From positions 99,138,001 through 99,202,000 of the forward strand of contig OX597814.1 in NCBI GenBank assembly GCA_951406725.2: a stretch of DNA of 64,000 nucleotides. The letters run 5' to 3'. The stretch is from Octopus vulgaris (lineage: Eukaryota). Position numbers and translations under genes: made by a program. How positions within the stretch are numbered: the stretch's first letter is position 1; every line of letters starts with the position of its first letter. The notes beneath the pieces are model-generated. The model ran no database searches. It had not been told where the DNA came from and worked only from the letters and a program-made list of their open reading frames with translations. Positions 44,125 through 57,489 of the stretch are shown one piece after another.

Positions 44125-44579
44125 GGATGAATGTCGCCGTATAAATCGAAGCAGTGACGGGAAAACTACATGAATATTTTTGAAAAAAGAATCAACATAT
44201 TGGAAAAAGAAAGTAAAGCAATCACTCAGGGAACAAGACGCAAAGAAAAGTCAATAGTTAAGTTAGTGTTAACTTGCTTAAAATAATGATCATCAGACAA
44301 ATTAAATATTAGTTCACTCTCTGCTATTATGTTAATCGTTTTACTATTTGAAGAGATAACTTCTGGTCTTATTTGAACCTATTAGATTTCTGACTTTTTA
44401 TTTAAACAATGTGATATATTTTGCTTTACTATTCTCTTTTATCATAACTACGCCTGCGCAATATTGAATTTCTATTGAATGAGTCTCTCATCACTACTTC
44501 ATTAAAGGCGTTGAAATCAGAGTTGACATATTTAATCACATACATATGCACACACACACACACACACACACACTCACTC

Positions 44580-44670
<91 letters not shown>

Positions 44671-45517
44671 ATGTACATGTATACATATACATACGTGCAT
44701 ACATACTGAATTGTCTAGCATAGCAAGAACCAAAGAGCCGTGTAGGGAAAATCAGATTCGAGCTGGAATAAACTCCGCACGTTTTGATTACATTAAACCT
44801 AATCTGCATATCCAAGCGTACGTGTATGTGTGTATATATGTATGTATGCATGAATGTATGTAGAAAAACAAATATACACGCTCAACTTGACTTCCACCAT
44901 ATATCCCAAAGAAGTACTTGTGAATGTGTGTTTTTGTGTGCGTGTATACATACGTATGCACATACACATACATATAAAAGAGAAATGGTGGCAACATAGG
45001 AATAGAGTTTGTTCACAATAAGCGTTTATATTTTTGGTAGCCAAACGATGAAAGATTGTTGAGCAGGTAGGAATATTGATACCAATAGCTAGCATCCCTC
45101 CTCGTCACTTGTGACGAATGTTAAAATACCTCGTAATCCACGAAGATGATGCATACGTCGATGCTTCGAGTCAAGCTACAATTATAAAAGAATACTTCAG
45201 CAGACTTCGGATGGTATGTATGGAAGTCAGAACTGTTTACTTTCAACAGAACCATATCCCTCAATATTTCCACAGAGCTAGTACAAGTGCCAGTGTTTAG
45301 ACTAGGAAATGCACAACTTGGATGATACTAACAACGACTTGTAAGTATCACATCAACTGTAACACTGAGAGGTCCTATGTTAAACGAAGCGATAGATGTA
45401 GAGGCATAAGATGAGTTCGAACAGTCTTTGAGTGCTGCATCGTGTGAATCAGACAAAATAAACAGAATAGTAAAAAGAGGAATGAGGACATCCAGTATAC
45501 ACGACAATAAAAACATG

Positions 45518-45582
<65 letters not shown>

Positions 45583-45590
45583 ATATATAT

Positions 45591-45623
<33 letters not shown>

Positions 45624-45730
45624 GAAATTCAGGGTGAGTACTTGATAATTGTAAGCACCTGTATATACCGTTTGGTGGTGTAGGTGGTGGAGTAAATTAA
45701 TCAAAATAAAAACATGATGCCAATGATTCA

Positions 45731-45806
45731 GCGGTACATATGTTTCGGGCCTTTATTAGACGGATTTATAACAATGCATAATGTGTCTATGGCCTTCTTC
45801 AGCCGC
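45731..45806 (-). ncRNA. Type I hammerhead ribozyme, canonical core, in a (TA)n-flanked element of about 310 bp (45623-45935)
   Basis: Reverse complement gcgg CTGAAGA aggcc-atagac..gtcta-ataa-aggccc GAAAC ATAT GTA ccgc; palindromic stem III ACATATGT. Confidence 0.85.
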
Positions 45807-45955
45807 GCACAACTACTACCTCAAGGACATGTATTACATCAAAAATTCTACGTTGGGGATGCAAATCCTCTCATTCGCGTACGACATAATGCGGCAACAG
45901 CATAAAAATGAAGCGTCCATCTCGTCCTTCTCTCAATATATATATATATATTATA

Positions 45956-46152
45956 GGCGGCGAGCTGGCAGAAACGTTAGCGCGCCGGGCAAAATGCTTA
46001 GCGGTATTTCGTCTGTCGTTACATTCTGAGTTCAAATTCCGCCGAGGTCGACTTTGCCTTTCATCCTTTCAGGGTCGATGTAATCGACTTAATCCCTTTG
46101 TCTGTCCTTGTTTGTCCCCTCTATGTTTAGCCCCTTGTGGGTAGTAAAGAAA
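45956..46152 (+). mobile_element. Family-B SINE with Tx1-like 3' tail
   Basis: A-box-like TGGCAGAAACGTT, B-box GAGTTCAAATTC, central GCCTTTCATCCTTTC.GGGTCGAT, tail TTTGTCCCCTCTATGTTTAGCCCCTTGTGGGTAGTAAAGAAA then (TA)n. Confidence 0.88.
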
Positions 46153-46171
46153 TATATATACATACACACAC

Positions 46172-46255
<84 letters not shown>

Positions 46256-46280
46256 GTGTGTGTGTATGTATATATATATA

Positions 46281-46400
46281 TTTCTTTACTACCCACAAGG
46301 GGGCTAAACATAGAGGGGACAAACAAGGACATACAAAGGGATTAAGTCGATTACATCGACCCCAGTCGAAACTGGTACTTTATTTATCGACCTCGAAAGG
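46281..46400 (-). mobile_element. 5'-truncated family-B SINE with Tx1-like tail, tail-to-tail with the previous copy
   Basis: Near-perfect reverse complement of 46075-46152, plus additional central domain. Confidence 0.88.
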
Positions 46401-47305
46401 AACCTGTTTTTCTTTTGATATATATATATATATATAAAAATCAACAATATCGAATTGTGTAAACCTCGCTTTTTTCTTATTCTTAATGGCTTTAAATCAG
46501 TCTACGATTTCTATACTATTGGACCAGTGTACTAGCCTAGTATCGGTCTTAATTTTCGCATTTATTTTATCTAAAATTTCTTTACTAATAATCCCAAGTT
46601 CTGACTTGGCTGGGTTGATAAGCCTACATTTACGGTTGGAAAGGAAGTTTTCTTTGTGATCTTTAATAATAGTAAAGGCCTCTTTTTGGGGGAGGGCCTT
46701 CTATTTTTTTATCTAATTTAAGTTTAGCGGCGATGACTCTAGCTTCTTTATTAATTTCGTTATATGTCTGTGCCCTAGCCTTAGTGTAATTATTAATGAT
46801 GCTGTTGTGTAAGAAAAGCGACACAATTATCTAATCATATTTGGTCTTTAAGAGATAAAGGTGTCGATTATAACATACATTGGAAGATTTTGGCCAGATG
46901 TAAGCCCTATACCAACGGTAGCGGAAGGTGCGGTCTATGCGACATGGAGAGATGGCTTATCTGGAAAAGCAGCTTACACCCTACTACATGTCTAAACACA
47001 AGGACAGAATTTTCGGGTCATGCCCACATGTGACTAAATTTCTGTTACGTTTTTGGTCCCCTAAAGAAAACAGATAGAACATGCTTTCTATGTTATGTCC
47101 CAAGAAGGATTTTTAACTCATCACACCTTCTATCATACATTTTATATATTTTTATATATTTTTTATATATTTTTTATGTATTTTTATATATATAATTTTT
47201 ATGGCGAAAAATGCGAGCGATGTATAAGTACGCAGGCAAGCAGAGTTATAACACAGTAATTTCCCTTTGTATAACGGTATTTTTTCATAGCGGTTTCAAA
47301 TAGCC

Positions 47306-47365
47306 AGATAACCGAAGAGATGTCGTGGATTCCCACTTCGGCATCTGAAACTCAGAGTTTTATCT
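47306..47365 (+). ncRNA. Hammerhead motif in pLTR (U4>C variant)
   Basis: agataa CCGAAGA gatgtcg..cggcatc t GAAAC TCAGA GTT ttatct: 6-bp stem I, 7-bp stem II. Confidence 0.75.
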
Positions 47366-48538
47366 TGACTATCGAGTAATGTAACATATTATTGTATAGA
47401 TAAATTTCCTCTATTTACATAATATTGAGGTCTCTTTCTTTCTTTTGTTATATCACCGTTTTACCAATAAATCACCTCCCGGACGACGTTATTCTCAACT
47501 AAGAGCTAATACGGCCTTTTTAGATTATCGCCTAACATCGGTTGAGGACTCCCACACACAGAAGAATTTAATATGGATGCATATCACATAGATTATTCTA
47601 TGAAAAATATACCAATCCCATCAAAGGAATTTTACTCTAAGAAACTTCTACAGAAAATTACTGATCTAATTAAGCGCATGAGACGGAAGGTTTCTTTTTT
47701 GATACAGAAGCGGACACCACGGAAAACACTTTCTATCGTATAAAATCCCAAAACTTCCCTCCCAGGATTAAAGGCTTGGAAGATTTCGAAGCGGACCTGC
47801 TGAAAATTATGAGCAAAATCAAATTTCGTACGTCTTTTAACGATTTCCAACATAAATTGAAAAAAGATATTAAACGTATAAAAAGCTCCAAGAAAAAAGC
47901 ACTTTTTTCGGACAAAACTAAAAACTTATACCGGGTAGATAACAGAAAATACACACAACTCTTACACAACAGCATCATTAATAATTACACTAAGGCTAGG
48001 GCACAGACATATAACGAAATTAATAAATAAGCTAGCGTCATCGTCGCTAAACTTAAATTAGATATAAAAATAGAAGCCCTCCCCCAAAAAGAGGCCTTTA
48101 TTACTATTAAAGATCACAAAGAAAACTTCCTTTCCAACCGTAAATGTAGGCTTATCAACCCAGCCAAGTCAGAACTTGGGATTATTAGTAAAGAAATTTT
48201 AGATAAAATAAATGCGAAAATTAAGACCGATACTAGGCTAGTACAATGGTCCAATAGAAGTTTCTTAGAGTAAAATTTCTGTTACGTTTTTGGTCCCCTA
48301 AAGAAAACAGATAGAACATGCTTTCTATGTTATGTCAGAAGGTTTTTTAACTCATCACACCTTCTATCATACATTTTATATATTTTTATATATTTTTATA
48401 TATTTTTTATGTATTTTTATATATATAATTTTTATGGCGAAAAATGCGAGCGATGTATAAGTACGCAGGCAAGCAGAGTTATAACACAGTAATTTCCCTT
48501 TGTATAACGGTATTTTTTCATAGCGGTTTCAAATAGCC

Positions 48539-48598
48539 AGATAACCGAAGAGATGTCGTGGATTCCCACTTCGGCATCTGAAACTCAGAGTTTTATCT
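48539..48598 (+). ncRNA. Second identical hammerhead motif in the duplicated pLTR
   Basis: Identical to 47306-47365. Confidence 0.75.
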
Positions 48599-48707
48599 TG
48601 ACTATCGAGTAATGTAACATATTATTGTATAGATAAATTTCCTCTATTTACATAATATTGAGGTCTCTTTCTTTCTTTTGTTATCTTACCGTTTTACCAA
48701 TATATAT

Positions 48708-48786
<79 letters not shown>

Positions 48787-48882
48787 AATGTATACATATA
48801 TATTGCTTAATACATTCATACGTACATACACACACACACATATAATGAAATAATTATTATAATGCATTTTGTAGAACATATT

Positions 48883-49880
48883 GTATAAAGGATCGAGGAT
48901 AAGGCCAAAACAATGCGAAGTAAATGCAAGGTAAATTACAAGAAAACAAATATGTGAATTAATGCAGACTTACTTTGTATTGAATATTTCGGGGTTATGA
49001 CCCCATTTTCAAGAATGTGACGTTTGTTGCCGTTGTGCGTGTGTGAGCGTGTGTGGATTGGACATGCGCGGAAAGGTGTTGCTATAGCAACAAGCTAGCT
49101 TCTTATAATTCTTTTCTATTGTTGATCTTAGGTTTCTTTTGGTGTATGAGGATGACCTCGGAGATTCTAAGGTATTGTTCCCGTACAGTGCTCTTCTCAG
49201 GGAAGGGTCGGTGTGCACTATTTGTATGTCGAGTCCTTCCCCGCGGACTGCGTGTTGTATTCCTACAATAGTTCTGTCGTCAAAGTGTGGTAGCTTTAGA
49301 AAGCACGTGCCATACTCCCGTCCAAGAAAAAACATATTTCACTACTCCGAGGAGTGCTCATTATCGAACTGCCCCATCAATGACCCTGAATTGTGCCAGA
49401 GGACCTATGTTGTATGTGAGATCGTCTGTGGCAAATATGGCGCATCCATAGGAAGCACGACAAGAAAACTGCATATACGCATTAAGGAACACATACAGGC
49501 AGACACTTTCAGGAAGAAACACCTACAAAAATGTCAGACTCAGGAGTTCACAGTGCACATCAAGGCAACACAGCAGAACAGGGGAAACCTTAGAATCTCC
49601 GAGGCCATCCTCATACACCAAAAGAAACCTAAAATCAACAATAGAAAAGAATTACATGAAGCTAGCTGGTTGCTATAGCAACACCTTTCCATGCATATCC
49701 ACTCCACATACGCTCACACACATGCACATCGGTAACAATCGTCAATTTCTTGAAAATGGGGGCATAACCCCGAAATATTAAATACAAGGTATGTCTACAT
49801 TAATTCACATATTTGTTTTCTTGCGATTTACCTTGCATTTACTTGGCATTGTTTTGACCTAACCCACGATTCTTTATACG
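48883..49880 (+). mobile_element. Penelope-like element 3' part (GIY-YIG endonuclease) with inverted 5' pLTR
   Basis: CSLSNCPINDPELCQRTYVVCEIVC..SIGSTTRKLHIRIKEH..LRISEAILIHQKKPKINNRKE (about 49320-49678). Inverted repeat of about 290 bp: 48883-49172 vs 49590-49880. The minus arm also has linker FLKLPHFDD..EGLDIQIVH. Confidence 0.88.
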
Positions 49881-49899
49881 ATATATATATAGAGAGAGA

Positions 49900-50130
49900 G
49901 GAGAATTCACGAAAACAAAAGACGAAGACAGGTGGTGTAGAAAACACGCACATGTATTAGTATAACGCTCGGGAATTGAAAAAGTCTTTAACATTTCGAG
50001 CCTACGCTCTTCCACAGAAAGGAACACAGAAAGATACAAGGAGAGAAACAAGGAGAGAAAAACGTGTGTGGTGGCTACCGATCTATCATGGCGAATGCCG
50101 GGCAGAAGGGTCACACAGGAGAGATAAGAA
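49900..50130 (-). mobile_element. Third, more diverged copy of the variant-hammerhead family (motif 49986-50021)
   Basis: Reverse complement cttt CTGTGGA a gag-cgtagg-ctc GAAAT GT T aaag; shares CACCTG.CTTCGTCTTTTGTTT with the other copies. Confidence 0.7.
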
Positions 50131-50815
50131 GTAGGGGAAATAATAAAGTTGTAGTGATCCCAAAACGAAGGTGCGCGCGTGTGTAAGAGAGTACGTATGT
50201 GCGTATGAAAGAGGGCTGGTTATCTTGACGTGTGCGTGTGTGTATGTCTAGGTGTGAAAATGTGGGGATGGGAATTGGTCAGTGCTGGTGTGTACGTGGT
50301 GATGTATTGTGTGGTATGATGAGTTGTGTGGTATGGTGTAGTGTGCTGTGGTGTGATGGTCTTGGGAGGTGGGTGAGGCGAGAGTGGGGAATGCACGGGT
50401 GGAGTGTGGGTTAGGCTGAGGGTTGGGGTAGAGCTGGGGTATGTGGGTAGGCACACATACACATATACATGGAACAAACACAACGCAATACATACCATTA
50501 TGTCAGAGGATAGTGAAATTGCTTATGTCAATCATGCTAAATTCATAAATCATCATGTGTCTATCTGTCTAACTCTCTCTCCCACTCTTTCCCTTTTTTT
50601 CCTCGCCTTCTCTCTCTCTCCCTCTTTCCATCTGCGCTCCCCTCTATTTCATTTCCCGAGGTTCTGCTCTAACTTCTATGTCTAAATATTTTTATTGGAT
50701 TTCAATCCCAGAAATCCATTCCTTTTCATCTCTATCATGCAGCCATTGATTTGCTTTTATTCAAGAAGAACCTACTGCAACTAAAGAGTTAAGGATACAA
50801 TCCTTTCCTCCTGAA

Positions 50816-51762
<947 letters not shown>

Positions 51763-52855
51763 TACTCATTGAATTATAGAGCAAATGTTTGGTATGTTAC
51801 ATGTGTTAGAACCCTTAACGTAATCTCTAACTTACAGTCTGTGTTGTATGTACAATCCATGACACAATCTTTCATATAATTTCGACCTTCTAAAATTCAC
51901 TTACATTGCTTCGTGCTCTCCGAGACTTTGATAAAGGACATATATTCATATACACTTTAGTGAAATCGAACCTGTGACCTCGTGATTGAGAAGGAAACTT
52001 CTTAATTACTTGTCTAAGTCTGCATCACAACCATGGGCCGCAATGCGTCATTAACACAACCAGAGTTATAGAACCGCATCCAGATGTGAGCTGAAAGGGT
52101 TGACACTTCCGGTTTGTGAAGAACATAATACTAAAGCATAAGCTCTCAATTTCCCCCTCCACGTGCATTCCTCTCTTTCTCTCACTCTCTTTCTGCCTAT
52201 CTCTGTCTGTCCCCCTCTCTCCTCTTCAACACTACTCTTTCAATCCCCGATCACTTCTACAGAATATCCTAATATTTCTTACAAATTTTACCGGATGTTT
52301 TTTTAACGTAATCTACCACTTTTCTTGCATTTTACTTTATTATGACTTTATATTTTATTTTTGTTTTGCTTTGCTTATCCTCTAATCTACAGTTAAATAT
52401 TTCCAGCTGAATCGGGAAAATTTGTGAAATTCGATCCCTTTTATTTAATCCTGTAAATATGATGGGAAAACCTTATAGTTATACATCGATAAAAATATTT
52501 TCAATTTGGGTTTAAATAGTGAAATATATAGTTTCTGGCATTAAAATAAGCTATAACAGGCTTTGCTTAAATATACGCAGTGACATTTTACAACATGTTC
52601 CTAAGTATTCATTCATACTTGGTGACTCAATAACAACTTGCTTGATATTTAAAATATAATCCAACAGTTCGTTTAGTTTACACAAATTGACACCTCTCAC
52701 TCGTTCGCAACGGTTCTCTTTTCCTCTCTTTTGCTATTGCGAAATAACAGCTTGTTATATATGTATATATATATATATTTACTCTGTGAGTCTATAAAAG
52801 AAAGCCGGAAAGAAATTAACGGATTATACTTGACCACTTGTAGCGATGATGATGA

Positions 52856-52919
<64 letters not shown>

Positions 52920-53139
52920 GCTACTGCTGCTGCTGCTGTTTTTTTTTTAAGCAACAAGACGTGTAAAGGTGATTAGATGATGGTCCAGACCTTGGAAAAA
53001 AATAACTTTGGCCGATTTGTTGTAGTCGAGGGCTCTTTTTGGACGCCCGACACCACTGGGAGATGGTCCTCGAAGTCGCTGGAAATAGAGATCTCCAGGT
53101 CCAAATTCTTGAACGGCTGCTGCTGCTGCTGCTGCTGCT

Positions 53140-53332
53140 AATGGTATAAAATTTTGGCTCAAGGCCAGCCCGTTTGGGGGAGGGTGTAAGTCAATTATAT
53201 CAACCCCAGTGTCCAACTGGTACTTAATTTATCGACCCTTGAATGATTAAAGGCAAAGTCGACCACGGCAGAAAATGTACCCCGAACGTAAAAACGGACG
53301 AAAGACTACAAATTATTTTCTTCGGCATGCTA
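53140..53332 (-). mobile_element. Family-B SINE copy (non-Tx1 tail)
   Basis: CCCCAGTGTCCAACTGGTACTTAATTTATCGACCC..AAAGGCAAAGTCGACCACGGC. Confidence 0.75.
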
Positions 53333-53379
<47 letters not shown>

Positions 53380-53383
53380 CAAC

Positions 53384-53430
<47 letters not shown>

Positions 53431-53454
53431 CAACAATAATAATAATAGTGAAAA

Positions 53455-53797
53455 TAAAGAAAGACGCATATCGCGTGCGCACACAAGGATAAAATAAATT
53501 TAATAAAGATATTCTCAGACGAATTCGTATTTCAACAAAATGACATCAAGGGTTATTTCCCCTGCTTATCGTTTATGCATATGTAACAAAGAAAAAACAC
53601 ACTTTGATTCACCCGTCCACTAGTTTTGTAAGTAATCAAACCGAAATAATGTGTTCGAGTTACTCACCCCATGAGTATTTCTGCCAAATTTGGTGAAAAT
53701 CCGTTCAGTCGTTCTCTAGTAATTTTGCAAACACACAGAGAAACAGGCGAAGACGAACGACTACAATGCCCTGCTTTCGCTTGCGCGCGCAGGGTGA
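53455..53797 (+). mobile_element. Helentron-associated non-autonomous element (HINE/DINE-like), tentative
   Basis: Core-like GCCAAATTTGGTGAAAATCCGTTCAGTCGTTCT, a short (AC/AG) tract, then 3' hairpin CCCTGC..GCAGGG (53769-53794). Confidence 0.55.
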
Positions 53798-55287
53798 TGG
53801 TAGTAATTGTTATTATTATTTGTTTTCAAATTTTGGCACACATATCGACTCCCGGAAGTTTGTTAATTGATGCCATTTACTGTGCTTATTTCTCCGTCAC
53901 ACGGCTTCTGATTGCTTCCAAATGGAGTGAGGCATGTCTTGTGGATCATAGTCTCATTGTTTTGTAATCATGATGGGATTTTCAGTTTCTGCTGTTGTTG
54001 GTGATGCAGTTTCTCTTGGGCGATGTTTATTTTGCTGCCTTTTCTTTTCGCTGTTGTTTCAACTATTCTGTAGTTTCTGCTGTTGTTCTTCCCTACCACA
54101 GTTACTGCTGCTTCGGCGGTTACTTATTTTGTGTTGCAATTGCTGAAATTGTTAGTATTATGATTGCACGCTGCCGTTGGGGCTGCTCCTGGTTATGCTG
54201 TTGTTGTTGCTGTTGCGGTTATAATGTCGGCAGAGGTGTCAGTCTTTCATCTCCTCTACTTTGCTGTTTACAGAAAACCTCGAAATGATTTGTGTCTCCA
54301 CAAAAATAGTAAGTTTTCTTACTGCTTTCAACTGTCACAATTAACTTTCTTCAGCCATGTATTTTGATCAGGCCCAGAGTGGATTCATATTCCCTCCGTT
54401 TGGATTACTATCTACATTCCTTGTCCTAACGAGTTTTCTATCCTCTATATAGGAGACGACTACCGCCACTAACCAGCAGATATATGCTTATAGAGGCGCA
54501 TAAAAAATCATTATTCATACTACGCTTCAGCCATGTTAGATTTGTATGAGGACCAGTTTGTGACTTTTGAGAGATGTTATGAAGTACTTCCTATCCTCAT
54601 AATTGTCAGGTATTTCGAATCTATCATGTAGCATTTTCCTTCTAGGGACCTATGTTTTGGTGCTCCAGTTTGGGCTAGGTTTTTTTTTTTTGCTGCTGTA
54701 TCGCCTGCTCAATTACAGTTTTGATATTGGTTTCTTGTTCGGGTGGATTGTGGAATGTTTAATTCACCATTTCGGTCAGACATTGTCAAAAGGCTTAAGA
54801 CATTTAAACAAATTATTGAGACGTTAATTTAATTACATCCTCCTGTTGCACGATATTTGCAAACCCGATGAATTTGGGTTATTTAATTATGGTGTCTTGA
54901 TTTATATTTGTGTTGGTGTTGGTAGTGGTGATGGTGGTGGGGTTTCCAGGTGTGTTGAATTGACAATTTGGTTTCCTTTCTGTTTTTCATGCTCTTTGTT
55001 GATGTTGTTATTGTTGATGTTTCGCTCGGTACTGGTAGTAGTGTTAGTGTTGTTTCCACATGCGTTGCGTTGTTTTCTGCGGTGTTTTGTTGTTGTTGAC
55101 ATTGTTATTGTTGCTCGTACATTCTCTCGTAACATGTAGTCGTGGGAATCAGCTTGAACTTGCTTAGCAGCGTCCTGTATTTGCAAAGCCATTTGTTTCA
55201 TATGTAGCCTCTCCACTACAACACCACCATCACCACAACTACCACCTACAACAATAATAATGTCGACGATGATGAGCAAAATGATGG

Positions 55288-55318
<31 letters not shown>

Positions 55319-55399
55319 GATCATCATCATCATCATCATGATCATGATGATGATCATGATCATGATGATAGTATAAAAATAGTTTGAGGTTTCTTCCGA

Positions 55400-56060
55400 G
55401 GCAATAACCCATCACCCCAAATGTTTATTATTGTCTGTTTTGTTGTACGCTTACTTGACTTTATCGATTCTTCTCTAATTGCTCTTTTCAGGGACATCCA
55501 TCATTTGTTGTTAACGCTCGCTTCACTAAATCGCTGGCCCTCTTTACTGGCTTACAGAAAAATCTAAATAGGTTCTGAATGATCCGATACGGTTTGTCCA
55601 TGATCACATTGTCGCATGCGGGAAATGAAATTGGTGCCTGTTAGACAAATGGACACTTCTGAACGGGTCTACGAGATTTTTTACCAAATCTCTTACCTCT
55701 TCCCACACTGTCCCTGCCTGCATATAAGATGATTTTCCGATGATTCATTTCCACTAAAGCGCGTGTCATTCGTAGGAAGGTCACCAGGCGCTTGAAGAAA
55801 TCTGGCTGTTCCGCTCCTGTCGGTGCATACACAACTACTAATCTGAAGATATGGCCTACGTTGCTGGTCAGTTTCAGGATCCCAGACTTAACTTATGAAT
55901 TCATGAAGACGCTACATATTCCAAGATCCAGCCCTTTCCGAAACTACATTGTTATACCGACTCCAATACCTGACAAATTTGAAGAAGCATACAATCTGTA
56001 GCCGCCGTCGCTGGGCTCTATGGCTCGTGGTTCGTGTTCGGAGATTCTGGTCTTTCTGAA
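55400..56060 (-). mobile_element. Degenerate APE endonuclease domain of a Tx1/L1-clade LINE
   Basis: FRLVVVYAPTGAEQPDFFKRLVTFL matches the L1-type APE motif (VYAP..F..L); upstream FRKGLDL. Confidence 0.7.
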
Positions 56061-56063
56061 AGC

Positions 56064-56100
<37 letters not shown>

Positions 56101-56329
56101 TACTGATCGAAGGTCGTTAATCATTTCGCCTGATTTCATGAAGACACCAAGTCACGCACATTTTCATTTCCTAATCTGAGTATGGTGTGGGTTAAGTCTT
56201 TTTGATTGCAGTGATGTTAGTGACATCACATGACGTTGGCATATGAAAGAGTCCCCAACTCTCAGATTTTAAAAATCCTTTAAATGTTCAGAATTCCAAG
56301 TAACATCTCTGAATTGACAGGAGTAAACA

Positions 56330-57460
56330 TGGAAATTTGCAAAACTGAACTAAAATCCAGATGACGTCCGTTTGGTAAAGTTGAAATATATCAGGGTATT
56401 TCCAAGGTAATAATCATCACTACTGTTTCACATTACATTTATCCTACTCTCTCTAGAATTAAGAAAAGTAAAGGAGGATATAGCTTACGAAAATCTAGAA
56501 GATAATTAATCATTTACTATCCTTAAGTGAACTAAAAGTAAAAGGCAAGACTGAAAGACAACTGTGCTGTGGAAGTATTTAGCTACGACATTCAAATGAA
56601 AATTGGTACTTCCAAGTCAAGTACCATTTCGATGAAGAATTTACTGAAAAAGAAAATACGGGATATTAATACAGATGAAGGATATAGATATATCAGAGTG
56701 CTGGAAGTTGATGGTATACATTTCAATGTTTCATTGATGGTATATACCATCAATGAAAGCATGAAACATGAAATTTGGAAAGAGTATTTTCAACAGATAA
56801 AGAGAATAATAAAATCCAAACTTAGTGAAACAGATATCATCACTGCTACAAACCCCAAAGTTGTATCTATCATCAGGTACGGCACCTAAATACTTAACTA
56901 GACAAAGAACGACTTGGTAAACAGGGATAGGAAAACAAGAAAATTGCTGACAAACTTCTAACACCTAGAAAGATGTTGATAGAAAAAGAGGATTGAAAAA
57001 AAATCTAAAAATAAATAAATAGCTGTGTTAATGAGAAGTTAAGAAAGTACGTTGCTGATAATAAAATGGTCTTTTCCCCGAAGCAAGAAGAAAGAGTGCT
57101 TGAAGTAAAGAAAGAGAAAAACATGAAGTTTGGGAAGGTTCAAGGCAATGATACGAACTCGAAAATTTGTGGAAATTGTCCTAGAAGTACTGAATGATAT
57201 GAAAATCAGTCGTAATTTCAATGACTAAAGAAAGGAGTGTTAAAGAAAGAAATAAAGGTGTAGGTTCTAGTTGTGCAGAAGCAGAACAAGAACAAAGATA
57301 AAGCATTTCGATGGAATGTAGAATGAGTGGTGAAAGAGGTGTCTGATCATTGTAATCTCTGACAATACAATGCTTGTTCAGAAGGTCTTTTAAGAACTGG
57401 AGATATGACTAGGTTACTACTGTTATATATTGGTAAATTTTGAGAGGAATTATGTCAGGA
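56330..57460 (+). mobile_element. Old R4/Dong-like LINE RT remnant
   Basis: QGI(F)QG, INHLL, VEVFSYDIQMKIG, GYRYIRVLEVDGI, KEYFQQIKRIIKSKL..SIIRYG, DRKTRKLLT; many stops and frameshifts. Confidence 0.7.
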
Positions 57461-57489
57461 ATAATGAATATCCTTCGAGAATATTTAGT

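Larger units (their letters stand above)
46436..48700 (+). mobile_element. Rearranged Penelope-like element: inverted RT piece, endonuclease C-terminus, pLTR, 5' ORF, second pLTR
   Basis: 47576-48257 encodes YSMKNIPIP..FSDKTKNLY..FITIKDHKENF..CRLINPAKSELGIISKEILD. 46436-46813 is its inverted copy, extending to RT motif QFDIVDFY. 46818-47076 encodes TQLSNHIWSL..WKILARCKPY..CGLC..LNTRTE. Direct repeat about 47036-47470 / 48273-48700. Confidence 0.88.

Noticed and set aside
45956-46050. tRNA gene
   Set aside because: A/B-box-like motifs are present, but there is no cloverleaf and the sequence continues into a SINE body.
54902-55363. 153-aa ORF with Ile/Met and Asn/Thr runs
   Set aside because: Built from (ATC)n and (AAC)n low-complexity sequence; no domain evidence.
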